Counted from the stretch's first letter, positions 1-8,411 are shown. The stretch is 37,024 nt of DNA from a virus (IMGVR_UViG_3300042814_000089:1-37024), one strand, 5' to 3'. Notes: generated by a model from the letters alone, not told the origin. Numbers and translations: made by a program.

Positions 1-465
1 TATGCGGGCTACCAGCCATCGGCCGAAGCCGTCAAAGCGGAGCGCGAGCGCAACGCCAAACGGGCCGCGACATTCCGCGAGCGTCACGCCGGTAGTAACG
101 CCGGTAGTAACGGCGTGAGTCCGGACGCCCCGTACCCGGTCCCGGTCCCGGTTAATAACCCGGTCCCGGCCGCTACCACTACCCCCCAACCCCCTCCGCC
201 AGCGGAGGGGGCGGTTGCACCGCCGACGGCGAAGGATCGTGAGCTCTGGCACGAAGCACTCCGCGGCATGAGCCCGGGCCTGCTCCCAGCCAACGCCGCC
301 AAGCTGGCAGCGCTAGAGCTGCTCGGCCGGGCGCCAGACGGCGGGCTGCGACTCCGTGCGCCGCCGGGCACGGTCGGGGGCCGGCAGTGGCGGCGGGGCA
401 TCAGCTGGGCCCTGCGCGAGGCCGGCGACCAGGCCGCCGAGCACGTGGCGATTGTCGAGGGATAG
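1..465 (+). CDS. Phage replication initiator-like protein, C-terminal part (5' truncated)
   Basis: Frame 1 is open from base 1: YAGYQPSAEAVKAERERNAKRAATFRER followed by low-complexity repeats (AGSN x2, PVPVP), a pattern typical of phage replisome organisers. Confidence 0.6.
   Translation, partial: YAGYQPSAEAVKAERERNAKRAATFRERHAGSNAGSNGVSPDAPYPVPVPVNNPVPAATTTPQPPPPAEGAVAPPTAKDRELWHEALRGMSPGLLPANAAKLAALELLGRAPDGGLRLRAPPGTVGGRQWRRGISWALREAGDQAAEHVAIVEG
86..169. repeat. Short tandem repeats in the replication gene (possible iterons/origin)
   Basis: ACGCCGGTAGTA x2 at 86-109; CCCGGT x3 at 135-152, TAATAA, then CCCGGT CCCGG at 159-169. Confidence 0.6.
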
Positions 466-484
466 CGGACAGGGTGGAGAATGC

Positions 485-565
485 GTGGTAGCAGAGCAGG
501 AGCGCGGGCTGGTGCCGTCGGGGCTGGACCCCGGCGAGATCGAACGCACGCGGCGCGGACTATGA
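485..565 (+). CDS. Very small hypothetical protein (26 aa)
   Basis: GGAGA upstream of a GTG start; stop overlaps the next ATG (ATGA). Confidence 0.3.
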   Translation: MVAEQERGLVPSGLDPGEIERTRRGL

Positions 566-792
566 CCCACCAGCCCGCGACGCTCGACGTCGACCCCGTG
601 CGCCTCGACCGCGCCCTGGCGCTCCGCACGCTCGCCGCGCTCAGATCCTCGCTGACGCCGGCGGGGCACCTGGCGCAGCGCGTCACGCACGAGCACCTGG
701 GCTACTGCGCGTGGAACGGCGAGAGCGAGCGCTGCTCTGAGCAGCGGGCGCTGATCGCGGAGCTTGAGCACGCGCTGGAGGGCGCGCCGTGA
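562..792 (+). CDS. Hypothetical protein ending in the shared ALIAELExALE tail (cassette 1)
   Basis: ATG at 562 within ORF 481..792; coupled to the next gene by GTGA. Confidence 0.7.
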   Translation: MTHQPATLDVDPVRLDRALALRTLAALRSSLTPAGHLAQRVTHEHLGYCAWNGESERCSEQRALIAELEHALEGAP

Positions 793-980
793 GTGACGAT
801 GAGAAGAAGCAGGCCGAGGCGGCATCCTGGCGCGCGTGGCAGACGGCGTGGGGGAACACCGAGAGCGGCGCTCACGCTCACGGGTGGGAGCATGGGTACG
901 AGGACGGCGTTCGGGCAGGCCGGCGGGCGCTGATCGCGGCGCTGATCGCGGAGCTTGAGCAGGCGCTGGAGGAGCCGTGA
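789..980 (+). CDS. Hypothetical protein with shared tail (cassette 2)
   Basis: RBS GGAGGG, GTGA overlap; HGWEHGYEDG motif; ends ALIAALIAELEQALEEP. Confidence 0.75.
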   Translation: MSDDEKKQAEAASWRAWQTAWGNTESGAHAHGWEHGYEDGVRAGRRALIAALIAELEQALEEP

Positions 981-1210
981 GGTACGTCTACCTCGGCGAC
1001 CGTCTGACCGATCCGCGCTGGGTGGGTCAGCCGTGTGACCCCGTCCTACGGTCGAACGGCGAGCGGATGACCGTGATCCGTGGCAGACGACCGCGCAACC
1101 AGCTCGTGCGGTTCGCCGACGGGTCCCTGGTCGTCGTGCTCGGCCGACGGCTGCGCGTCACGTCGGCCACGCTGATCGCGGATCTTGAGCAGGCGCTGGA
1201 GGGCGAGTGA
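977..1210 (+). CDS. Hypothetical small beta-rich protein with shared tail (cassette 3)
   Basis: RBS GGAGGA, GTGA overlap; ends LIADLEQALEGE. Confidence 0.75.
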   Translation: MRYVYLGDRLTDPRWVGQPCDPVLRSNGERMTVIRGRRPRNQLVRFADGSLVVVLGRRLRVTSATLIADLEQALEGE

Positions 1211-1785
1211 TGACCGACAGGCTGTGGATGGTCTTTGACGTGGAGAGCATCGGCCTGCACGGCGAGGGCTGGGCAGTTGGCTACACCGTGATCGACGCCA
1301 GGGGGAACACGGCGGGACCGGATGGCCGCTACGTCTGCCCGCCCGAGACGGCGACAGGCGACGATACGGGGAGAGCCTGGGTGGCAGAGAACTGCCCGCC
1401 GCTCGCGGCGAACTGTGCAACGCCACGAGAGGTCCGGGATCGGTTCTGGCGGGACTGGCTCATGTTCAAGGAGCGGCACGTTGAGTTGATCGCGGATTGT
1501 GCCTGGCCGGTTGAAGCGCGTTTCCTGGCGGCGTGCGTGGACGACGAGCCAGAGAACGAGGGCAAGCCGTGGCAGGGGCCGTACCCACTCCACGAGCTCG
1601 CGTCGTTCATGGTCGCCGCCGGCATGGACCCGATGGCTACGTACGATCGTCTGCCGGACGAGCCGATGCACGATCCGCTCGGTGACGCGCGGCAGTCGGC
1701 ACGGCTGCTTGTCGAGGCGCTCCGTACCTGCGAGCAGCGGGCGCTGATCGCAGAGCTTGAGCAGTCGCTGATGGAGGACTCGTGA
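1207..1785 (+). CDS. DEDDh-family 3'-5' exonuclease/exoribonuclease-like protein with shared tail (cassette 4)
   Basis: ExoI motif VFDVESIGL and ExoIII motif HDPLGDARQSARLL; ends EQRALIAELEQSLMEDS. Confidence 0.8.
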   Translation: MMTDRLWMVFDVESIGLHGEGWAVGYTVIDARGNTAGPDGRYVCPPETATGDDTGRAWVAENCPPLAANCATPREVRDRFWRDWLMFKERHVELIADCAWPVEARFLAACVDDEPENEGKPWQGPYPLHELASFMVAAGMDPMATYDRLPDEPMHDPLGDARQSARLLVEALRTCEQRALIAELEQSLMEDS

Positions 1786-2003
1786 ATCTGCGAGACGTGA
1801 GCCGAGAGACGGCCAGCATGCGACGAGCGACGCGCTGGCTGGCCGAGCTGCGGGCGGATGCCGGCGTGTCTGGTCGTACGCTCACCGGGCCGACCGTGCG
1901 CCTGTTCGAGCACATGACGACCTGTCCTGACTGCGAGCTCCGCGAACACAACGACCCCGAGTTGTGTGATGACGCCGAGGACATCCTGGACGGCACGACA
2001 TGA
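1782..2003 (+). CDS. Hypothetical protein with HxxxCxxC...C putative metal site
   Basis: RBS GGAGG, coupled on both sides. Confidence 0.7.
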   Translation: MNLRDVSRETASMRRATRWLAELRADAGVSGRTLTGPTVRLFEHMTTCPDCELREHNDPELCDDAEDILDGTT

Positions 2004-2344
2004 CGCTGCTTGCAGCCGTGCTCAGCCTGGCGCTGCTCAGCCCCGCCGAGGTGCCGTGGTGCGGAGAAGCCAGGATCACTGGGTACAGCCGTCTGGAGTA
2101 CGGCCCGAGGACCTTCGATGGCACGCCAATCACGACGCCTGAGAATATCGCAGCGGCCTCCTGGGACGTGGCGCTCGGCAGCCTGGCGGAGATTTCGGGG
2201 CTCGGGGTGTACCGTGTTGCTGATCGCGGCATGCTTGGCCGTGGCGAGCCGATGCCGTGGGTGGACGTCGCGGTCTGGGATCGAGCGACGGCGTTCGCGC
2301 TAACCAGTGTCCGCCGAGTCTGTTTTCGGAGGCCGGCGACGTGA
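2000..2344 (+). CDS. Secreted 3D-domain (MltA/RlpA-like double-psi barrel) protein
   Basis: Hydrophobic signal peptide; ITGYS...TFDGT...AAAS...GS...I.GLG.YRVADRG...WVDV pattern. Confidence 0.75.
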   Translation: MTLLAAVLSLALLSPAEVPWCGEARITGYSRLEYGPRTFDGTPITTPENIAAASWDVALGSLAEISGLGVYRVADRGMLGRGEPMPWVDVAVWDRATAFALTSVRRVCFRRPAT

Positions 2345-2346
2345 GC

Positions 2347-3117
2347 ATGCGCGTGCTGAGCCTCGGTGCGGGCGTGCAGTCGAGCACACTGCTGCTCATG
2401 GCCGTGCACGGCGAGATCGCCCTTGACCGCGCGATCTTCGCCGACACGCAGTGGGAGCCGCGGGGCGTCTACGACTGGCTGGGCGGACTGATCCTCGCGG
2501 CCGGACTCGCGGGCATTCCCGTCGATGTCGTGACCGCCGGCGACCTGCGCGCCGACGCGCTGTCGGCATCGAGGCGCTTCGCCCCGATGCCGCTGCATGT
2601 TGTGAACGCCGCCGGCCGCCCCGGCATGCTGCGCCGCCAGTGCACGAAGGAGTACAAGATCGTGCCGATCCAGCGGCGGCTGCGTGATCTTGGGGCCACC
2701 CGTGCGACGCCGGCGTCCCTGCTCATCGGGATCTCGCTGGATGAAGCGCTGCGGATGAAGCCGAGCCGCGTGCGCTACGTCCGTCATGACTACCCGCTGG
2801 TCGACCGTCGGATGACGCGCCAGTCCTGCGTGGTGTGGCTGGATGCTCACGGCTATTCCGAGCCACCGAAGTCAGCCTGTCTCGGCTGCCCGTTCATGGA
2901 CAACCGACGGTGGCGGGACATGCGCGACCACCGTCCGTCCGAGTGGGACGACGCCGTGGCCTTCGACGCGGCGTCGCGGTCGATGGCCCGGATCGACGGC
3001 GACGTGTTTTTGCATCGGTCGCTGGTGCCGCTTCCGATGGTCGATCTGTCGACGCAGCGCGACGCCGGCCAGCTCGACCTCTTTGCCGCGGAGTGTGAAG
3101 GGATGTGCGGAGTCTGA
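2347..3117 (+). CDS. PAPS-reductase-like/adenine nucleotide alpha-hydrolase (PP-loop) family protein with Cys motifs
   Basis: VLSLGAGVQS, IFADT, RQCTKEYKIVPI, IGISLDE, YPL, PPKSACLGCPF, C-terminal ECEGMCGV; alternative GTG start at 2341. Confidence 0.85.
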   Translation: MRVLSLGAGVQSSTLLLMAVHGEIALDRAIFADTQWEPRGVYDWLGGLILAAGLAGIPVDVVTAGDLRADALSASRRFAPMPLHVVNAAGRPGMLRRQCTKEYKIVPIQRRLRDLGATRATPASLLIGISLDEALRMKPSRVRYVRHDYPLVDRRMTRQSCVVWLDAHGYSEPPKSACLGCPFMDNRRWRDMRDHRPSEWDDAVAFDAASRSMARIDGDVFLHRSLVPLPMVDLSTQRDAGQLDLFAAECEGMCGV

Positions 3118-3455
3118 TGAGCATCCAGGACGAGCGCATCGAAACCGCCTTCGAGGATGAGCTGCTCCGCATGCGGCATGAGGGCGTCGGCAAGCTGCTC
3201 CAGATGCCACTCGACGCGATGTTGTGGCAGGTCTACCGTCGCGGCTACATCCGAGGCCACTCGGCCAGGTCTAGAGAGGTCCAGCAAGACGAGGAGCAGG
3301 CCATCCGCGAGGGGCGGCTCCCGATGAACGTCAAGGTCTCCTACCAGGGCGACAAGCTGCTGATCGAGGGCAAGGACCGCACGCCAGCCAGGGACAGAGC
3401 TACGGCGTGGCCGCCGCTGCCCAGCGAGGAGACAGGAGAGCAGGGGGAGCCGTGA
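3117..3455 (+). CDS. Hypothetical protein
   Basis: TGATG coupling with the upstream gene; coding-like codon usage. Confidence 0.7.
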   Translation: MSIQDERIETAFEDELLRMRHEGVGKLLQMPLDAMLWQVYRRGYIRGHSARSREVQQDEEQAIREGRLPMNVKVSYQGDKLLIEGKDRTPARDRATAWPPLPSEETGEQGEP

Positions 3456-3775
3456 CGTTTCTGGATGCGCTGCCACGGCAAACCGAGCGCTCCTGGCAAA
3501 CGCAGGTCATCAAGCTGGCCGAGCTGCTCGGCTACCGCGTCTACCACACCTGGAATAGCAAGCACTCGGCGGCTGGGTTCCCGGACCTCGTGCTCGTGCG
3601 CCGCCCGCGCTGTATCTTCGCGGAGCTCAAGTCCGATCGCACCAGGCTGACCGATGACCAGCTGGCCTGGCTCGTGGCGCTGCGCGAGTGCGGTCTGGAG
3701 GTCTACGTCTGGCGGCCGTCTGAGTGGAAGCTCGTCGAGCGCATCCTGAAGGGGCGGCCCGATGAACGAGCCTGA
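3452..3775 (+). CDS. VRR-NUC domain nuclease (Holliday junction resolvase-like)
   Basis: GFPDLVLV...FAELKS...LTDDQLAWL...VYVWRP, a PD-(D/E)xK VRR-NUC pattern. Confidence 0.9.
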   Translation: MTFLDALPRQTERSWQTQVIKLAELLGYRVYHTWNSKHSAAGFPDLVLVRRPRCIFAELKSDRTRLTDDQLAWLVALRECGLEVYVWRPSEWKLVERILKGRPDERA

Positions 3776-3989
3776 CGCGATCTACCTCGATCCCGACGGC
3801 CTGCACTACATCGCGCAGTTCGCCGACGACGACGACACGGCAACCTGGCTGCGCTGGCCCGCCATCGAGAACGGCTGGGCGACACGGCACAGGGGTTCGT
3901 CGCCGCTGGCAGACGCGTGCGCCGAGCTTGACGCCTGGCACGCACGGCTCGCGCTCAGGCTCTCGGGGGTCATGTACGATGACCGCTGA
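3762..3989 (+). CDS. Hypothetical protein
   Basis: Overlapping ORF in operon; Trp/Asp-rich. Confidence 0.65.
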   Translation: MNEPDAIYLDPDGLHYIAQFADDDDTATWLRWPAIENGWATRHRGSSPLADACAELDAWHARLALRLSGVMYDDR

Positions 3990-4383
3990 ATGCTTCGGCG
4001 CCCTGCTCCGACGGCTGCGCCTGGCGACAGCGGTGACGGCGACGGTGCGGCGCCATCTGCTCGGCACGCGCTGGGATCCGGCCGGGCACCTCTCGACGAC
4101 GGGTCTGGCTCGACTCGCGCAGGTCGACGCGGGCTATGTGCATCACCTCGAAACGGGACGCAAACACCCGTCCCGAGCCGTCACCGAGCGATTGGCGCGT
4201 GCGCTCGGCTGCGACGAGCTGGGGCGGGCGCTGCTGCTGGTCTCGGCCGGCTACTGGCCCTGGCCCGACACGGACGACGCCCGCACCGAGGTGCTCATCG
4301 GACTCTGCCTGGCCGTGCTCGACGGCGACTATCGGCGGCTCGATGCGTCCGAGAGTGATGGTTCGCGCGCAATCCATCAGTAA
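3979..4383 (+). CDS. XRE-family helix-turn-helix regulator (possible late regulator)
   Basis: FGALLRRLR...LSTTGLARLAQVDAGYVHHLETGRKHPSRAVTERLARALG. Confidence 0.85.
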   Translation: MTAECFGALLRRLRLATAVTATVRRHLLGTRWDPAGHLSTTGLARLAQVDAGYVHHLETGRKHPSRAVTERLARALGCDELGRALLLVSAGYWPWPDTDDARTEVLIGLCLAVLDGDYRRLDASESDGSRAIHQ

Positions 4384-4386
4384 CTC

Positions 4387-4395
4387 TGATACGAT
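4387..4395 (+). promoter_or_regulatory. Extended -10 promoter (TGATACGAT), probably giving a leaderless mRNA
   Basis: TGn-TAnnnT ending 6 nt before ATG 4402; no Shine-Dalgarno in between. Confidence 0.55.
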
Positions 4396-4401
4396 GGGCG
4401 C

Positions 4402-4599
4402 ATGGCTGAGGCGCTGCTCTCCTTCCTGATCCTGCTGGTGGCGGTCTGCGTGGCTGCGGGCGTGGTGCTCTGGGCGCTCCAGCGCTTCATGCCAGAAGCC
4501 TACCCGCCAGGTCGGCTGATCGTCGGCGGCGTGGCCTTGATCGCCGTGCTGTACGGGCTGGTGCGCCTCGTCGGGGCGCTCGGCCCAGCGCTGCCGTAG
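4402..4599 (+). CDS. Small two-TM membrane protein (holin candidate)
   Basis: Two hydrophobic segments in 65 aa. Confidence 0.7.
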   Translation: MAEALLSFLILLVAVCVAAGVVLWALQRFMPEAYPPGRLIVGGVALIAVLYGLVRLVGALGPALP

Positions 4600-4637
4600 T
4601 GCCGCGGATGTTGGCCGATGTTGGAGTCTGAAAAGCC

Positions 4638-4997
4638 GTGACCGTGAGCCACACCGTCGAGGAGTACGCGCTGGCGATCCGCGAGGCGCGGGGGCTCGTC
4701 AGCCATGCGGCCAGGCGGCTTGGCGTCACCGACGAGGCGATGCGGCAGCGTCTCAAGCGCACGCCGACGCTCCGCCAGGTCCGCGACGAGGCCCGCGAGG
4801 CCATGACGGATCTCGCCGAGTCCTCCCTCTACGAGCAGGTCATTCGCGGTGAGGGCTGGGCCGTCTGCTTCTACCTCAAAACGCAGGCGAAGGACCGCGG
4901 CTACGTCGAGCGCGTCGAGGAGAAGCGCGAACTGACGGGGGACATCAGGATCAGGATCGAGGCCGTGCATGACCGCGCAGACCCGTCCCGAGACTGA
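4638..4997 (+). CDS. Putative terminase small subunit
   Basis: N-terminal HTH (VSHAARRLGV), AVCFYLKTQAKDRGYVER motif; directly upstream of and overlapping terL. Confidence 0.75.
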   Translation: MTVSHTVEEYALAIREARGLVSHAARRLGVTDEAMRQRLKRTPTLRQVRDEAREAMTDLAESSLYEQVIRGEGWAVCFYLKTQAKDRGYVERVEEKRELTGDIRIRIEAVHDRADPSRD

Positions 4998-6267
4998 GGT
5001 CAGGCTGCGGCTCTCGGCGACGCAGCGGGCGTTCGTCGAGGACGAGCACCGCTACACGCTGCTCCTCGGCGGCGTCGGCGCCGGCAAGAGCTATGCTGGC
5101 GCTGTGAAAGCGCTGGCCCGCTTCGCTGCAAGCACGCGCCCATCGCTGGGTCTCGTGGTCAGCCCCACCTACCCGATGCTCAAGGACGCTACCTGGCGCA
5201 CCGCGCTCGACGTCTGGAAGCCGCTCATCTCACGGGTGGTCGAGAACACGATGCGGATCGTGCTTGTGACGGGGGACGAGGTGATCTTCCGCTCGTCGGA
5301 CGACCCAGACCGACTCCGTGGCCCCAACGCCTCGTGGGCCTGGATCGACGAGGCAGCCTTGTGCCACCCCGAGACCTGGCCGATCACCATCGGGCGGCTG
5401 CGTCAGTTCGGCGAGGTCGGCACGGCCTGGCTGACGACCACCCCGAAGGGCATGAACTGGCTCTACGACGTGTTCGTCACGCAGGCGACTGACGAGACAG
5501 CCGTGCACCGTGCTGCCACCTGGGCTAACCCGTTCGTGGATAGCAGGTTCGTGCAGACGTTGCGGTCCCAGTACGGCGGCGAGTTCGCACGGCAGGAGAT
5601 CGAGGCCGAGTTCATCGCCGACCAGGCGGGCACCCTGATCGAGTGGCGCCACCTCGAGGCCGCCCAGCGGCGCCCAGCGGCCTACGACGGCGCCGCCGGG
5701 CCCGTCATCGCCGGCCTCGACGTGGCGGGCCCTGGGGAGGACGAGAGTGTGCTGGTTGTGCGACAGGGGCCGGCGATCCTCGACGTCCGAGCCTTCGGGG
5801 ACGCAGACGCCAGGGGTCCTGTGCTGGCAGCGCTGCGTGCATGGCGCCATCGTGGGCTGGTGCGCGTCAACGTGGACACCGCAGGGCTGGGTCACTACGT
5901 CGCACGCCACCTCGACGACGCCGGCCTGCGGGTGCGGGACATCAACGTGGGCGAGTCCCCGACCACCGACGACGCCCGAGAACGCTACGCCAACCTGAAG
6001 GGCGAGCTCTACTGGGCGCTGCGTGAGCGGTTCGCCGACGGCGACATCTCAGGACTGACTGACCGCACGATGCTCGCCCAACTCGCGGGCTTGCGCTACC
6101 AGCATGACAACCGCGGGAGGGTCAAGATCGAGTCGAAGGACGACGCCGTCAAGCGCGGCCAGAAGTCGCCCGACCGTGCCGAGGCCCTGATGCTGGCGTT
6201 CGCGCCTGACGATCCCAGGGCAGCGCGGGCGGCGTTGTACGGGCTCAAGACGGGTGGAGCGCGCTGA
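4969..6267 (+). CDS. terL: Terminase large subunit
   Basis: Walker A GGVGAGKS, LRG motif, Walker B WIDEA, TTTP coupling motif, RNaseH-like GLDVA...D and SPDRAEAL. Confidence 0.95.
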   Translation: MTAQTRPETEVRLRLSATQRAFVEDEHRYTLLLGGVGAGKSYAGAVKALARFAASTRPSLGLVVSPTYPMLKDATWRTALDVWKPLISRVVENTMRIVLVTGDEVIFRSSDDPDRLRGPNASWAWIDEAALCHPETWPITIGRLRQFGEVGTAWLTTTPKGMNWLYDVFVTQATDETAVHRAATWANPFVDSRFVQTLRSQYGGEFARQEIEAEFIADQAGTLIEWRHLEAAQRRPAAYDGAAGPVIAGLDVAGPGEDESVLVVRQGPAILDVRAFGDADARGPVLAALRAWRHRGLVRVNVDTAGLGHYVARHLDDAGLRVRDINVGESPTTDDARERYANLKGELYWALRERFADGDISGLTDRTMLAQLAGLRYQHDNRGRVKIESKDDAVKRGQKSPDRAEALMLAFAPDDPRAARAALYGLKTGGAR

Positions 6268-8411
6268 TGGCTGAGCGACGCGGCGCGGCGACTGACCGTC
6301 CGAAGGACACCGACGCCCTCCGTCTCGACGTTGACCCGACGGGCGGCCAGTTGGCGCAGCTCTGGAAAACCACGGATGCCAGATTCCCGTCATCGAGACG
6401 GCGCATCAAGCGGGCTCGCGACGTCGCGAACAAGGAGGACGTCGCCTTCGGGAAGGACGGACGAGCAACCGACCCGTCGGCGATCACGCTGCCGCAGCGC
6501 CTCCTCGCGATCACGATGACCAACAGCCTGTCGTCACAGTACGGGGTGCCCGAGCTGACCCGCTTCGGCAGGCCCGTTGCATCCGACAAGTCCGACCAGA
6601 TCGAGACGGTCCTCAAGGCGACGCTCGGCGAGCTGCTCGCCGCCGAGGAGCTGTTCGGCAAGGCGACGCAGGACGGCGAGTGGGGCGTGGCCGTGATGCC
6701 AGCCGCGACCCGCTGGGACCATATCCCCGTCTACTCGGAGGACGACTACAGCCTCGACGCGGACGACCGCGAGCCCGACGACGAGGGCTACACCGAGCGG
6801 GACGGCGCCAGGTCGAGGCGGAAGTACGACGCGGACTACGAGGATTACTGCGCCAGGTGCGAGTACGTCGCCGTTGATTTGATCGACCCGACCGACTGCG
6901 CCCCGATCCTGACCCGCGGCACGAAGGGCCGGCGGTTCTCCGCTCGCGGCCTCATGGTCCGTCGCCTGTTCGAGCGCGAGGAGCTGCTCGACCAGGGCTA
7001 CGACTGCCCAGCCTTAGCCTCGGAGAGGTCGGCGCTGATCCCGCGAGGCGAGCGGGCCACCATGCGCGGCCGGGGCGGCAAGCTCTACCTGTACACGGCC
7101 TACGTCAGCCTCTGGGACGAGGACGAGGAGTGCCTGGTCCCCTGCATCGCCTACAGCGTCGCGGGCGAGGACACCACCCGCTACTCCCCCAGGACCCGCA
7201 CGCAGGAAGCCGCCCTGATCAACCTCAAGGAGGAGTGGGGCATCTGCACGCCGATGTGGGGCTACTACCACGGCATGCGGACCGCGGACCCCGACCCCGA
7301 CCGCGTCGGCCTGCCGTTCCTGGACGCCTACGCCGACCTGGTGCTGGCGCTCGAGCGCATGCTGGCGGCCAGCGTCCACCACGCCGAGCGCTCCTCGTTC
7401 AAGGGCTCGTGGGTCGAGCCAGCCGAGAACGTTCCGCCGGAAGCCTACACCGAGACCGTCGAGAACCAGCTGCGGCTGAAGTCGTTCGACGAGCCGAAGT
7501 CGGGCGAGCTGATGACCGCGCCTGGGCGCGTGACTCCTGCCGCGCCCCCGCCGCTCGGCACGGCCGCGACCCAGATGCTCCAGGCGATGCTCGGACAGCT
7601 CGAGGCGACCGCACCCGACCCGTCATCGCCCGCGGGATCGGGCGCATCAGGGCACGCGATGAGCCTGGCCTCCGGGCTGATCGAGGCTGCCCACGCCGAC
7701 ATCCCCCGCGGCGTGCTCGAGTGCTACCAGGACGTCACCCAGTGGGTGCTCGAATGCATCAGTTGCGTCATGAAGACCAAGCAGGTCCCGTACGTCATCG
7801 ACGCCAACGAGGAGCTGCCGCCCGACGTGCCTGGCGACCGCAGATCCGTCAGCCAGCGCTACGTGCTCTCCGAGAAGGACATCGGCGACTCGTACAAGAT
7901 CACGGCTCAGTGGCGCCAGCGGCCAGACCCCGTGAACATCACCCTTGCGATGGACCGCGCCATGAAGGGCTTCGCCTCGATCGTCGACGTGCTTGAGGCC
8001 GCGGGCGAGACGAATACGACCTACAAGATCGCCGAGATCCTGTACTACAAGGCCGTCATGACTCCAGGCAGCCCCGAGAACCTCGAGCTCTCGGCCTACG
8101 TGGCCCGCAAGCGCGGCGAGGTGGCCCGCGCCGAGCAGCTGGAGCTCGAGGCGAAGCAGCTGCTGGCGCCGCAGGGGACGCCGACGGACGCGATCGCTCC
8201 CGAGGCCCAGCAGATGGCAGCGCAGGCCGCCGGCGGCGGAGCACCACCGTCTGGCGTGGCGACGGGCGTGCAGTCGAGCATCGCCGCCACGGTGCAGGGC
8301 GCCCAGGAGGGCGGCGCGATCAACGCCGACCAGCGTCTGGGAGCTGCGATGGGCATCAGGGCCGCCGTGCCCCCCACCGTGGGCGCCGGCCTGAACGGGG
8401 CTGGAGGCTAG
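6267..8411 (+). CDS. Putative portal protein
   Basis: 714 aa, coupled to terL, mostly helical with Gln/Gly/Ala-rich C-terminus; assigned by synteny. Confidence 0.7.
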   Translation: MAERRGAATDRPKDTDALRLDVDPTGGQLAQLWKTTDARFPSSRRRIKRARDVANKEDVAFGKDGRATDPSAITLPQRLLAITMTNSLSSQYGVPELTRFGRPVASDKSDQIETVLKATLGELLAAEELFGKATQDGEWGVAVMPAATRWDHIPVYSEDDYSLDADDREPDDEGYTERDGARSRRKYDADYEDYCARCEYVAVDLIDPTDCAPILTRGTKGRRFSARGLMVRRLFEREELLDQGYDCPALASERSALIPRGERATMRGRGGKLYLYTAYVSLWDEDEECLVPCIAYSVAGEDTTRYSPRTRTQEAALINLKEEWGICTPMWGYYHGMRTADPDPDRVGLPFLDAYADLVLALERMLAASVHHAERSSFKGSWVEPAENVPPEAYTETVENQLRLKSFDEPKSGELMTAPGRVTPAAPPPLGTAATQMLQAMLGQLEATAPDPSSPAGSGASGHAMSLASGLIEAAHADIPRGVLECYQDVTQWVLECISCVMKTKQVPYVIDANEELPPDVPGDRRSVSQRYVLSEKDIGDSYKITAQWRQRPDPVNITLAMDRAMKGFASIVDVLEAAGETNTTYKIAEILYYKAVMTPGSPENLELSAYVARKRGEVARAEQLELEAKQLLAPQGTPTDAIAPEAQQMAAQAAGGGAPPSGVATGVQSSIAATVQGAQEGGAINADQRLGAAMGIRAAVPPTVGAGLNGAGG

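Larger units (their letters stand above)
739..1785 (+). repeat. Four dispersed direct repeats, core GCTGATCGCGGAGCTTGAGCAGGCGCTGGAGG, at gene junctions
   Basis: Copies at about 739-781, 923-972, 1170-1202 and 1732-1777, read directly from the sequence. Confidence 0.95.

Noticed and set aside
739-1785. Repeat array as a CRISPR array or integron attC sites
   Set aside because: Spacing is irregular (about 190-560 bp), intervening sequences are whole genes, repeats are translated and lack attC-type inverted structure; no cas gene or tyrosine integrase seen.
2219-2230. GCTGATCGCGGC match to the cassette repeat core inside the 3D gene
   Set aside because: Only 12 nt, mid-gene, different reading frame, no RBS or junction; plausible by chance in GC-rich DNA.
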